A program made the translations under genes and the position numbers. A DNA stretch of 64,000 nt from the human T2T-CHM13v2.0 reference genome, Homo sapiens. Positions 26,970-39,797 of this stretch are shown here, piece after piece. The stretch lies in the NCBI RefSeq assembly GCF_009914755.1, contig NC_060939.1, one strand, 5' to 3'. The notes under the pieces were generated by a model. That model made no database searches, was not told the DNA's origin, and saw only the letters and a program-made list of their open reading frames with translations. How positions within the stretch are numbered: position 1 is the first letter of the stretch; each line of letters starts with the position of its first letter.

Positions 26970-29659
26970 TACCTAGATAACAATTCTAAAAGATAATCAT
27001 CAAAATATCACCATGATTTTTTTCTCAATGGCAGAGCAAGTGTAATTGGTAGGTTTTGTGTTGTATTTTGCTTTTCTGTATTTTTCCACTGTTTTAAAAA
27101 ATGAAGACATTATTGTGTTATTAAAAAAAAACCTTAAAAAGAAAGAAGTAACACATCTCTGTAGCAAAGCCTAAGGATGCCACTCCTTCATTTTTGCCTG
27201 TTCCCAGATTCACACTTTGTCATATGCTTCTTCCCATTGTGTAGCTGTTGATCTCTCAGGGAGAACCAAGTGACCCCAGCTTCCCCTAGAATCCTTGTCT
27301 AGACAATTATGAGCCACATTTGGAAGCTTGTGTTTGGGATCACAAAGTCAGGACTGAAATGCAACAGATTGTGGACTGAACCCTTCATTGCCCTCACACA
27401 AGCCTAAAGAAAAGAACATAGTTGCAGGAAAAGGACTTTGCATGAGTAGTTGGGATGTATTCTTTGAAATTTTAAGAAGAATTGAGGTGTGTAGTTTCTG
27501 AGATTAACTAGGGATGTGTAAAACTTCATTTTGCCTGATGCAAAGTTCCCAGTATTCTTGTCACTAATTTCTTTCCAGAAAATGAAAGTTATAGGCTTGG
27601 CTGTTCTCTGTGGGGTGAGGAGGGGAGTATGGAGGGCAGAGGAGGAGACAGAAATGTCCAGGAGCCATAATCTAGAACATCCAAGTCCTTGACCAACAGT
27701 TTCCTTAAGTACAGTGAGCCTCAGCTAGACAGATCCTGGGGGAAGTTTTCTGCACAGAGAACAAGCTCAGGAAATTCTCCTTTCTTTACCACCCAAGGCT
27801 TTGCCGCAGCCAGAACCCTCAGCCACTGGGCTTGTGTGGTGCAGATCATGTAGTCTTCTTCTATGGATTCTGTCTGCTGATAACAGGTTCTTAGCCTTTG
27901 CTAAGAGCAAACAATTTGGACTCTTGGTCTCTTGTGCCTAAGTTCAGACTCCCTGTGAAAACACTCCAATGAATAGAAGAGGCAAAAAAAAAAAAAAAGA
28001 AAAATTCAAGGAAAGGTTCACTAAGGAAAAAAGGGGACTCTTTGCAGGAAGCCTCAGGCCCATCTTACCCCTCCCATCACATGGAGCAAGATAGAAGCAG
28101 AGCAAAGATACTGCCAATCCCAGGAGGCCGAAGCCACATAGGGTCATTCCCTGTGGGGGCCCAAGCTCTAAATTTCAACTGTTCCCCTTCAAGCTCTGCC
28201 CCCCCATTCCGTTTTTAGCTTGATTCTGATCTTTCTCTGGGGTGAAGATGTTGGGGTGGAGAAGCATCATCAGGCATGACCTTAGCCCCATAATGCCCTC
28301 TATGAGTTATTTCTCTTATTTAAGCAGCAAAGGCCAGGACGAATCAGGAGAGGGGATCAGTTGAGTATCAGAGGTCTTGCCTACCCTTGCCAATCCCTGC
28401 CACTGGGTTTACATACCCACTTGGTACCAGTAATACAGGAAGTAAGCCCTTTATTCCTCTTAATATCCCATTATTGAGAACCCCAGATGCTTCTGAAATG
28501 AGCTAGGATATTACACCAATTCACCAATTAAGTAACTCCAAAACACTGTGTACTAGACCAGGAAGTCAGCTGTGACATCCAAAAAGCCCACTCTGTAGAG
28601 TTATTCAGTGTGTATCCAAAAACAACATAGCTCACTTGTATGATCACAGCTGCCAGAAGGGGCCCTATAGACTCACTTCTAAACCTGGAGGTGGTGGGAG
28701 TGCCCAGCACAGGAGGGTCATTTGCAACAGCGGATCCAGCCCGTAGGTTAGGTGGCTGGGCTGATTGGAGGGAAGGAACTGTATGTGAAAGAAAGCCACA
28801 CCAGCTCACCCAAAGGAGTGACTCAGCCAGAAAGAAGACTTCCAGAGTCTCAGAAAACCAGCTTGCTATCAAAAGCAGGGCTCCAGTCCTGGGGTGCTGC
28901 AATTTCAAGCCAGACATCCACAATAACCAGTTGTCCGACATGGCTTCACAATTTTAAGCATCCATCCTTGGCTTGGCAAATACACTGCAACCCTCAGCAA
29001 AAGGACAGATTTGAGGGTGGGAAAAGGGGCTCCAGTCCTCACCCCTTGGATCAGACTAGTCTCGGGATCTGGGGTGAGCACGCCAGCAGGTGTGAGCCAT
29101 CAGGAAACCAAGCTCCAAGGAGCCGGCCTGACCCTCCACTGAATGGCTTGTCCTCCCTTTCTCTGAGCTCATCCATTGCCTTTTCCATTTGTGGTTTCCT
29201 GGGTGGCATCTACTGCCCACATTACAGCTAGTTTTTATGGATGAATTGACTGAAAGTTCGAGAAAATGTAATTTACCGTTTAAGTTTTAAGTGGGAGGTT
29301 TAATTTTAGATGTTTCAGCCCAAGTAAACATCATTATTATAAACTAAATGTCAGAGATGTCAGCAACATAACAGTCTTCTGGTCCAGCTTGTCCTCATTA
29401 GTTGGGGGAACTGAGCTTAATGGGACATTCTGATTGTTTGCCCAGCTCCCAGCACATGTCCTGGGTGGCAAAGTACATGGAAGAGACTGCCTCTGGACCC
29501 AGCATCAATATGTGTCCACGTGACACTTTCTGCAGGGATGAAGTGGTTCAACAGGATTTTGTTAGATTGGCGAGGAAAAGCTGTGTGCTTTGAAGAGTTT
29601 AAAGTGTTCCCCAGTCCCAAATGTCCCCCCATTAGAACAACCCCTTTCATTCATTTAGC

Positions 29660-30020
29660 GACAGGGTGGGGTTTGTGTCTGTTTTCTTTAGTGCTGTATC
29701 CTCAGAGTTTAGAACAATGTTGGCACATAAAAGGTGCTCAATATATATTTGGTGAATGAATGGAAGAATAAATGAATTTAAGAATGTTCCTTTGGCACCT
29801 ACCACATGCTAGACACTGTCCTAGGACCTGGATGGCAGCAGTGAACAGCTCCAGTAGTGAAAAGACAGCCAAAGCCCCTGCTGTCATGAAATTTCCAGAA
29901 GAAGAAAATGAACAACAAACACATACATTCATATGCACTCTCTCAGATGGTGATGAGTGCAGTGCTGTGATGGAGATCCAAAGAGCAGGGCAAAAGGATG
30001 GAGAGTGTCAGGGGATGGGG
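29660..30020. mobile_element. Two opposed L2 3' fragments
   Basis: TGGCACATAAAAGGTGCTCAATATATATTTGGTGAATGAATG, then reverse CACCTACCACATGCTAGACACTG. Confidence 0.65.
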
Positions 30021-30534
30021 AAGGTCTACGCAAGGGGGTCAGAGCAGCTCACTCTAAAAAATTCAGTTGAAAGCATTCATCCCCTTTAACTTGCATTTTT
30101 CTTTTCAGGAATTTATCCCACACATCTCAGCAGTGCTCTAAGATCTGTGTAGAGATATTCACTGCAGCATTATTTATAACCTCCCCAAACTGAAAACAAT
30201 CCAAATATTCATCAGTAAGTTAAATAAGGTAAGATATGCAACACTGTGGAATATTATGTAGGCATTAAAATAAGAGGGACATTTACATGTGCAGACATAG
30301 ACAAGTGTGCTTGATCTATTCCGGGAAACAAGGGAAAGCAAACTGAAAAACAGAATGTGTAGTATGAGCCCATTTAAAATAAAAAGAATATACACATACA
30401 CAGTTATGAACAAACATATAAACATATACAAATATGCATATGTTTATATGTGTATGAGCATTTGAAAAGATACACCAGCTTAATAGCTAATACTTCTGGA
30501 GAAGAGGATCCATTTTCTATGTTATACTCTTTCA

Positions 30535-30835
<301 letters not shown>

Positions 30836-31084
30836 GCAAGCACATTATTACATTATTAATTTTAGAATTTAAACTTTTTTTTTTTTTAAAGCAGAACACG
30901 TCTTCTTGAACTAGTGTTATACCTCCTTCTCCTTGGGGTCCTATTGTCTGTGAATGTAGGCTCATCTCCTACTGGGAGGACTGCCGTGCTGGGGGCATTT
31001 GGAGTCTGGGCCACTGTAGAGGGAGCTGGGGGCCCTCCGCTCTGTGTATTGAGTCCACTCTGATTTCAGTTGATTGCAAAGGCA

Positions 31085-31260
31085 GTTGGAAGAACACTGG
31101 CTGGGAAATCAGGAAGCATGGCTGTACTTCTTAGTAGTTGCAAAGGACTGAAAAACTCACTTCCCTTTTCTGAGCCTCAGCTTTCCCATCTGGGAAGTTA
31201 ATGCATTGGTTTATACCATTGTTTAAGTCCCTGCATGCCATCATACCCTAGGATTCTTTG
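31085..31260 (+). mobile_element. MIR/MIR3 fragment
   Basis: CACTTCCCTTTTCTGAGCCTCAGCTTTCCCATCTG. Confidence 0.7.
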
Positions 31261-32469
31261 GTCTTGTGAGTCTAAGTCTCCAATTGCTCTGTTTGAAAAT
31301 TCTGTATCAACATCCTTCTTGGGAGATGTAACACACTATTAATGTACCCGTCTCGGCTTCTCTGTGAGCATACGTTCATTTATCAGATAAATCAGCAATC
31401 AGCAAGTTGACCCTAACGGGATGGGCCACTGAAGCATGCCTGTTTATGCCATGAGGGGAAGACCAGAGTATGGAGGTCAGTCCTACTCGTTGTCTTCCAT
31501 CAGAGGCCCAAGGCACTGGATAGCGCAGTGAGCAGAGCCAGGCTGGGAGGAGGCTGTGTCCGAGGAATTTTCTGGGGGCCTGCTGTCTCACAACCCTGTG
31601 AACAGCCAGGAGAAGCAGACAGCTGCAAGGTCAGGACTTGAGGCCAGCACCTTCAAGTGTGACATCATTTTGCCACTTCAAAGCATAAAACTTTAAATGG
31701 CTCACTTTTTATTTCTGAGGTTTCAGACAACAACCCTACTGTGTGTGTCTAGGCAAATGGTTCAGGGATGCTGCTGACAGAAGAAAATTATGTTTGGCTG
31801 TGGATTGCAGTCTAGACTGAGCAGGTTGAGAGTGACTGGTACCTGGCTGGGATGGAAGCTGGGGATGGTGGGGGTGGAGTCTGTCTCTTGTGACAGCCAT
31901 CTGTAGGATCCAACTTCAAGATTAGGAGGTTAACAGAAGCATCCCTCAGGCCCATCCCGAAGGAGATCACGGGTCCACCCTAGGACCTCTGACCACTGCC
32001 TTCCAGTTAACAGTATTTCCATCAGTGGATATTCAGCAAAGAAAAAATACTTTCTAAGACCCCAACATTTTCTTATTTGCCTGATGCTTAAAACGAAATT
32101 TCATAGAAAGCAGGCAGCTTCCATGCAGCTTTCCCTGGGGTGAAATGGCTGGGCCTATTTGCTCCTTGAAGGAAAAGTTTGCTGTGAACTTCTCAGATAA
32201 GTGGGTGGTGGATAGCAGGGACAGGAGAGCCGTGGCCTGGACAGGGTTCCTGATTCCTCCAGTCTGGATCAGTCTGAGGATAACTAAGAAAGGGAGTGGG
32301 GATGGGAAGGGGCTTTTTGCATGCCAAACCTGCATCTACTGGGAGTGCAGTGGCTGGAACAAGAGAGAGTGCAGCAGCACCTCATCTATCAGGAGTACAG
32401 CTCTGGCCATCCCAGGAGAGGCACTCAGACAAATTGGATTCTGCCCACGGGGGACGACAAGGGAAGTGA

Positions 32470-32875
<406 letters not shown>

Positions 32876-33965
32876 AATTTGAAGGGGAAGGCTCCTTATA
32901 TAGAAAAATCAGCTGAGAGGTGAGTCTCCCTGTCCAGGGCATGACCTTTTTAAGGGTAAGGGGAAAAAAAGAGGAATAAACAGCTCCACAAATAAATGGT
33001 ATAGAATTTGGGAGTTGTTTCTGACAGCTGAAGAGATTGAGAGATCAAGGTCTCAGAAAATGGAGAGAAAGCACGTATAGTATCAAAAAGTTAACAATCA
33101 GCTGATCACACCAAGCAAAAGGAATAAGTGAGTAAATACAAGTAAAGCCCTTATTATTATACATGCCTGGAATAGCGAAAGCCCTAGGTAGTAGCTATTA
33201 TCTCCCTTCTTCTTCTGCCCGTGGGTCTACACAGAACAGGTCTTGCTCTTATGCTTCAAGAATGCCCTTGGGAGGAATGTCTGATAAATTTTTAGGACAT
33301 TAAAGTCTAATGATGAATATAGTGTCTTGCCTGTACTTTACTATGTTATACTCTTCCACTGTTACCCAAAACCTTTAGCAAAACTGTAGTAAATCCAATC
33401 TCAATTGTTAGTGAGACTGCAGGAAGAAAAAGTTAGGATCTGGGGCCATGGACAGGCACAGCGGGTCAGTGAGAGGGCAGGTAGCCATGGGATCCGAGAA
33501 CAATAGCCAGGAGCATGCCACAGAGTGCAGCAGGTGCAGGAGGACCCCCAAGATGTTGAATCCACCTAGAAATTCACACAACTGTTGAGGGTTGAGCTGG
33601 GTGTGGGGTGGGCTCCACACAGAATGTGGGATGGAATCTTGAGCCATCTTACATGGATATTAAAGTAGAGGGCCCAGGTTTCTGTGGGATAGACTTGGTC
33701 ATGCCATCGAGGAACCAGGGGTGTTTAGGTGGGGAAGCACTCTTCAGGGGTCACATAGCTACTGTCTTCTATCAAAAGGACATTCCTGACGCATAAGAAA
33801 GACTTGTTTTGTGTAGACCCAAGGGCAGAAGAGAAAGGGCAATAATAGCTACTAACTGAGGACTTTTGCTATTGCAGGCATTGTTACAAATTTACTCATG
33901 TATTCCTTACAACAGTACACTGTAGTGTATCACTGTAAAACAGACATCTTTACATATCGTTAGAC

Positions 33966-34133
33966 CGCGACATCCCAACAGCAGTGCCTTAAGTGGATTA
34001 TATATGTCCAGCGATGCAGGTGTCCAAAAGTGATCAGAGTCCCAGGCTGGCTGTCCACTCTACGTGTCGTGACAATGCTGATACTATCATTTTCTGTGTG
34101 TGCCATAAAACGAAAAACAATAGTGGAACATTG
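33966..34133. mobile_element. hAT-Charlie type MITE (MER112-like), degenerate
   Basis: 3' TTTTCTGTGTGTGCCAT...GGAACATTG; TTAGAC on both flanks, compatible with a Charlie NTCTAGAN-type TSD. Confidence 0.45.
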
Positions 34134-34187
34134 ATTTAGACAGTATGCTACAGAATCACTTAAAACGAATACATAATATTCCATGTA

Positions 34188-34510
34188 ATTTATTTTTTTA
34201 ATTTTTATATTTTTAGAGACAGAGTCTCACGGTGTCACCCAGGCTGGAGTGCACTATTGTGATCATAACTACTGCAGCCTTGAACTCTTGGGTTCAAATG
34301 ATCTGCCTGCCTCAGCCTCCCAAGCAGTTACAACTACAAGTGCACACTGCTCAGCCTGGCTAATTGTGTTTTATTTTTATTTTTATTTTTTGTAGAGAGA
34401 GAGTCTTGCTATATTGCCCAGGCTGGTCTTGTACTTCTGGCCTCAAGCCATCCTCACACCTTGGCCTCCCAAAGTACTGGGATTACAGGTGTGAGCCACT
34501 GGGCCTGCCC
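34188..34510 (-). mobile_element. AluJ
   Basis: AGAGACAGAGTCTCAC...GGATTACAGGTGTGAGCCACTG. Confidence 0.9.
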
Positions 34511-34735
34511 ATATGTCACTGATATTTTTAACCAATTCCAAGTGTTGAAGTTCCAATTCTGCCATTTGCTGGTGGTGTGGATTACAGAAGACTTAGGTTT
34601 CTGTAGCCTAAGTTTCTTCGTTTGTAAAATAAGAATGATAAAACTTATCTCATATGATTTTTGTGAGGATTAAGTGAGGTAACTCAGGTAAAAGAATTTT
34701 ATTTTACATTTTAAAACTATTTAAACATTCAATAT

Positions 34736-35078
34736 ATACGATGGAACACTACTCAGCCATAAAAAGGGATGAATTAATGGCATTCACAGCAACCCGGGTA
34801 ACTCAGGAATGGAAAACCGAACGTCATATGTTCTCACTTATAAGTGGGAGCTAAGCTATGAGGACGCAAAGGCATAGAATGACACAGTGGACTTTTGGAA
34901 CTCAGGAGGAAATGGTGAGAAGGGGATGAGGAATAAAAGATTACAAATTGGGTGCAGTGCTCAGGTGAGAGGTGCATCAAAATCTCACAAGTCACCACTA
35001 AAGAACTTACTCATGTAATCAAACACCACCTGTTCCCCAATAACTTATGGAAATAAAAAAATTAAAAAAAAATAAAAA
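34736..35078 (+). mobile_element. L1PB short 3' end
   Basis: 18-bp TSD TATTTAAACATTCAATAT at 34718-34735 and 35079-35096. Confidence 0.9.
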
Positions 35079-35533
35079 TATTTAAACATTCAATATTATG
35101 ACCAATACATATTTTGCCCAAATAATTACTAAATTAATGACCTGAAATTATGTCAAGAGAATCAAGTAAGCAACTTAGAATTAACAAGAGATTTCGGAAT
35201 GTGTCCATTTATAAAATAAATGTAGAAAATTATTTTCCTTTTTTAAAAAAAGTATTAATCACTTGAACAGTAAAATAAAAGATCTAATTTATTATTGAAA
35301 AATAAAATATCACAGGAATTCCCAAAACTTTTTAGGGTCTATAAGAAGAATACAAAGCTTTGCTAAGGTCATGAACTATGACTTGAAAGACATTTTAGTT
35401 CCTGGATAACAAACTCAATGTTGTAAACCAGTCAGTTTATCAGAGTCAGTTAATACATTTAATATAATGCTAATGAAAATCCCACTGGGATTTTTTGCGG
35501 GGGTACTTAACCAAACTATGTATAAGTTAATAT

Positions 35534-35860
35534 AGTTGGGTGCAGTGGCTGATGTCTACAATTCCAGCACTTTGGGAGGCCAAGGAGGGAGGATTGCTTG
35601 AATCAAGGAGTTTGAGAACAGCCTGGGGCATATAGTGTGATCTTGCCTCTATAAAAAAAAAAAAAAAAATTAGCCAGGTGGTGGCATGCCTGTCCAGCTA
35701 CTCAGTCTTCCTGAGTTCCAGCTACTCAGGAGGCTGAGGTGGTAGGATTTCTTGAGCCTGGGAGGTTGAGGCTGTATGAGCCTTCATCATGCCACTGCAC
35801 TCCAGCCTGGGTGACAGAGTGGGACTCTGTCTCTAAAAAAAGTTTAAATAAAAATTAAAA
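35534..35860 (+). mobile_element. AluJ with a small internal duplication
   Basis: Dimer; CCAGCTACTCAG present twice (35694-35705 and 35718-35729). Confidence 0.9.
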
Positions 35861-35893
35861 GTTAATATAAAATATTTATTTATGTATAAGAAT

Positions 35894-36258
35894 TGATATG
35901 GTTTGGCTCTGTGTCCTCACCCAAATCTCAGCTTGAATTGTAATAATCCCCAAGTGTCATGGGAGGGACCTGGTTGGAGGTAATTGAATCATGGGGGCAG
36001 GTTTTTCCTGTGCTGTCCTCATGATAGTGATTAAGTCTCATGAGATCTGATGGTTTTATAAATGGGAGTTCCCTGCACATGCACTCTTATCTCTGCCTGC
36101 TGCCATGTAAGATGTGACTTTGCTCTTCCTCTGTCTTCTGCCATGATTGTGAGGCCTCCCCAGCCATGTGGAACTGTGAGTCCATTAAATCTCTTTTCTT
36201 TTTAAATTACCCAGTCTCAGGTATATCTTTATTAGCAGCATGAGAACAGACTAATACA
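35894..36258 (+). mobile_element. THE1 (THE1C-like) solo LTR
   Basis: TGATATGG...CTAATACA; TSD AGAAT at 35889-35893 and 36259-36263. Confidence 0.92.
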
Positions 36259-36263
36259 AGAAT

Positions 36264-36990
36264 AATTGCAAACATTCTAAAAACAAAAAAGAGGGATAAG
36301 ATAATGTGTGCTATCAGATAATGTAGCATTTCCAAGTTACAGTATGAAAATTGTTTGATTAGGGGTAGACTGACTGACAAAACACAGCAGTCCAGAATCA
36401 GATGCAGGTATACACAGTAATTCATTAGATGAGAAAAGTTTATGTCAGAGGGAAACAATGGACTAGTGAATAAATAGATTAGGAATAATTAGGTAACTAT
36501 TTGAAAAAATAGTTTTATGTCTTGTATCATATATGAACACAAATTCCAGGTGGATTTGAATGTTTAAAAAACTGCACACAACAGAAAATATAGGTAATTA
36601 TTATTTACACATCCTTTATTTCAGAAAGAACTTTCTAATCATACAACAAAGGTAGAAATTATAAGAACAGATTAATAGACCAGACTAAAAACTTGTAAAA
36701 CTTCTGTATATCAAATATAAAAAATGACAAACAGCAAACCAGGAAAAATCCTTGCATACTGTATCACGAAGAAATGGCCAGTGACTTTATATTTAAGGAA
36801 TGCTTATAATTTGCTTTTTAAAACTCCAAGTGACAAAGAACTACAATGACTCAAAAAAAAAAAAAAAAAAAAATCTCCAAGTGAAAAATGACAGCCAAAG
36901 AGAGAAACAAGTCATTCACAAAGGAAACACAAATGGCTGATGAGTATATGAAAGTGACTTCACCCTATTTGATGATATATAATATTTTTA
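36264..36990 (+). mobile_element. Old L1ME ORF2/3' fragment (continues from about 35100-35530)
   Basis: AAATTCCAGGTGGATT; CATTCACAAAGGAAACACAAATGGC. Confidence 0.65.
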
Positions 36991-37632
36991 CTAAAACAAT
37001 TACAGTTTACAACTGAGCAGCAAAACAATACTTTTAAAAGGAAATTGTTAATTTTCTCCAGTTTTAACATAAAGCAAAGGCAGATTTGATTATTTTTGTA
37101 CTCTAAACTCCTTTCCATTGTTACCAAACCGAACTTGGGTCCACCCACCTGGTGCAGCAAAGCTCAACACTGACACCGGGATCGCAGCAAGACAAAGTAC
37201 GGCCTTTACTACAGGGTGCCAAGCAAGGAGAATCGGGAGGCTCATGCTTAAGATCCAAACTCTCCGATGTCTTACAGGTAAGGGTTTTTTAAGTCGGAGA
37301 GGCAGAGATTACAGCCAAAGGCATAAATCAATATAATGCAGGATTTTTGCTCCTTTAGCTCAGCTAGGTCCAGGTTCTTGTCTCACAACCAGGAAAAATT
37401 AGGCATGCGGACACCATAGAGTGAGTGGAGTAGTATTTTTTAAGCAAAAGGAAAGCTCTCAGCAAAGAGAGGGGTCCTGAAAAGCAGGTTGCCGGTTGGC
37501 CCTTCACAGTTGAATACAAAGGCTTTTTATATAGAAGCTGATGGGACTGGGTTCCCTATTTGTATAAGGCACGAATTCCTGGTGGCTCCACCCCCATTCC
37601 CCCAGTGTGCATGTGGGCTCTTAGTCCCCTGC

Positions 37633-37652
37633 GGGCATGTTTAAGCAAGCCC
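37633..37652. promoter_or_regulatory. p53 response element, perfect 20-bp match with zero spacer
   Basis: GGGCATGTTT + AAGCAAGCCC = 2x RRRCWWGYYY; extra 9/10 half-site GTGCAAGTTC at 37656-37665. Confidence 0.8.
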
Positions 37653-37771
37653 CCTGTGCAAGTTCCCTTATATGCATAAAATATCTGGTGTAAGCACTTG
37701 TGGGCCAGGTCGGAGGTTCTCCGGGGGCTCTTTCTTTACTGTCTGCCTAAAGCAAGCTGGCTAACTCCTTT

Positions 37772-38515
37772 TGATACGGATAGGAGACAGAGAAATACTG
37801 GGTAGAAGAGGTCGGTTCCCCAGCAAAGGCCCCACCCCTCGAGCCTGGAGCCCCATGGCCCTAAGTGGGAACAGGCATTTCTGTTTTCATTCCCAAAAAG
37901 TTGTCTTTTGGCCTGCCATGCCCCGATCCTGCACCCATATAAACCCTGAACCCCAGGTTCCAGGAGCAGACAAGCAGATGAGGAGATGAAACACGCAGAT
38001 GAATGGTGGAACGACACAGCAGAGAAAGAGAGAAGAGGAGGAATGTCTGAACACCGAGAGGAGTTCAGCTGGGGGCTGTCAGAGAGGAGTTTGGCCACTA
38101 GATGGCCAAACTCTAGGGGCAGATCATCCTCTCACTGCATCCTCCCAGCTCCCCATCCATCCCTCTGAGAGCCACCTCCACCACCCAGTAAAACCCCACA
38201 TTCATCCTTCAAGCCCATGTGTGACTTGATTCTTCCAGGACACTGGGAAAGAGCTTGGGATACAGAAAGGTGTCACACCGGCCCTCTGCCCTTGCAAAAA
38301 GGCAGAGGGTCCATTGAACTGATTAACACTTAAGCTGTCTGCGGATGGCAGGGCTAAAAGGGCACACTGTAATGCATACCCACTTGGTCTCCTGCATCTG
38401 TCCCTCTGCATGCTCCCTCTCCCCTCAGGGGTTTGAGCAGCGGAGACGAGGGAACAGGCGATTCACACCCCTGCTGAATGTCCTGAGAGGGGGATCAGGG
38501 AACTCTCCTGTTTTG
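37772..38515 (+). mobile_element. MER50 solo LTR nested in the terminus of MER61
   Basis: TGATACGGATAGGAGACAGAGAAATACTGGGTAGAAGAGG...; TSD CTTT at 37768-37771 and 38516-38519. Confidence 0.85.
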
Positions 38516-38745
38516 CTTTCAAATACATGGGGATTACACATTGGTTTGAACTAAAAAGACAGGACAGCTCAAAGCAGGGGCCCACAGGTCATAGGTGAAT
38601 TCAGAGATTTTCTGATTTGTAACTGATTAAAGACGAGAAGCTTTGTCTAAAGACTTGGGGTCAGCAGAAAAGAATGTTAGGTCTGGCTTGTGGACATCAC
38701 CTCCTCCAGGCCCCTCAGGAAGAAATTTAGAACAAAGAACGGCAG

Positions 38746-39184
38746 TGCAAACCAAAAAGTATCCGAGACAGGTCTCAATTAATTCAAAAGTTTATTTTGC
38801 CAAGGTTAAGGATGTACCCAGGAGACAAGTCTGTGCCTTTCTCCAAAGGTGATTTTGAGGGCTTCAATATTTAAAAGGGGAAAAGCAGACTGGAGGGGAA
38901 AGAAGGAGGGTATGGTCACATTACTGAATCCACGTGTTGCAAGAGAAAAGGAGCAGGTAGGGGAACAGTCAATTATGTGTCTGTCTGGTGCTCAGTAAAT
39001 CAGCACTTTACGTAAGATAAGGTGAACGTAGAGTAGCTATCTGTGGAGATATTTAACCTTTTATCTGTAGCTCTCTGCTTAGGAGCAAAAGAAAAGGCAG
39101 CTTCTTGCATGACTCAGCTTTCAGCTTAATTTTTTCCTTTTGGCACAGAGATTTGGGGTTCCAAGTTTTTATTTTCCTTTCACA
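38746..39184 (-). mobile_element. MER83-like (MER4-group) solo LTR
   Basis: Reverse of TGTGAAAGGAAAATAAAAACTTGG...; TSD GCAG at 38742-38745 and 39185-39188; 439 bp. Confidence 0.75.
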
Positions 39185-39305
39185 GCAGCAAGAATCCAGT
39201 CCTCTCGGTCCCTCCATATCTGAGGTCTGTGTGCCAGCAGATCCATTTGGTGGGGTCCGAGTTTCTGAAGAACAAGTCAGAGACATATGTTAAGATGTTA
39301 TCTTG

Positions 39306-39797
39306 TGTGGAGTCCTAATTAGGGAAAAGGAGTCAGGCTGGCAGGACCAGAGGAAAGCAAAGAGATAAAGCAGACAAGCTATAGGTCTGCCTTTCTTCGT
39401 GGTTCAGGACATATAAACAAAAAGAGGGTGAGATAAGCTATAGGTCTGCCTTTCTTTATGACCCAGCACATAGGGCCCTCCTGTGTAGGTAATGTATATA
39501 GCTCACAATATCATCAAACACCTAGGTTGATGGAAGAATGCAAGTTACCTTCCTGCTACCTTGGCATTATCAGTACTGTACACAGCACTCTGCAGCCCAA
39601 GAACTATCCTATAAAATCTCCGGGAAGCCTTTGTTTCTTTGCAGTCAGCTGCTCTCTTGCTGATTCTGCCCATTGCTCTCTTGCAACATTATTTTTATAT
39701 GTTCCTAATGAATCTGCCTTTCTTTATCCACAACTGCCTTGGTAAATTCTTATACCCCTCAGCCACTGGCCCAGATAGTCACCGCTCATCCGCAACA
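39306..39797 (+). mobile_element. LTR23/LTR56-like (MER4-group) solo LTR
   Basis: TGTGGAGTCCTAATTAGGGAAAAGGAGTCAGGCTGG...CAACA; TATAAAA at about 39610; TSD degenerate; family tentative. Confidence 0.65.

Larger units (their letters stand above)
37334..38521 (-). mobile_element. MER61-family solo LTR (body 37334-37771; terminal bases displaced to 38516-38521)
   Basis: Reverse of TGAAAGGAGTTAGCCAGCTTGCTTTAGGCAGACAG; TSD AATA at 37330-37333 and 38522-38525. Confidence 0.85.

Noticed and set aside
28528-29231. Overlapping 105-159-aa ORFs in non-repetitive sequence
   Set aside because: No recognisable domain, ORFs on both strands (one with a non-ATG start), and no supportable exon structure.
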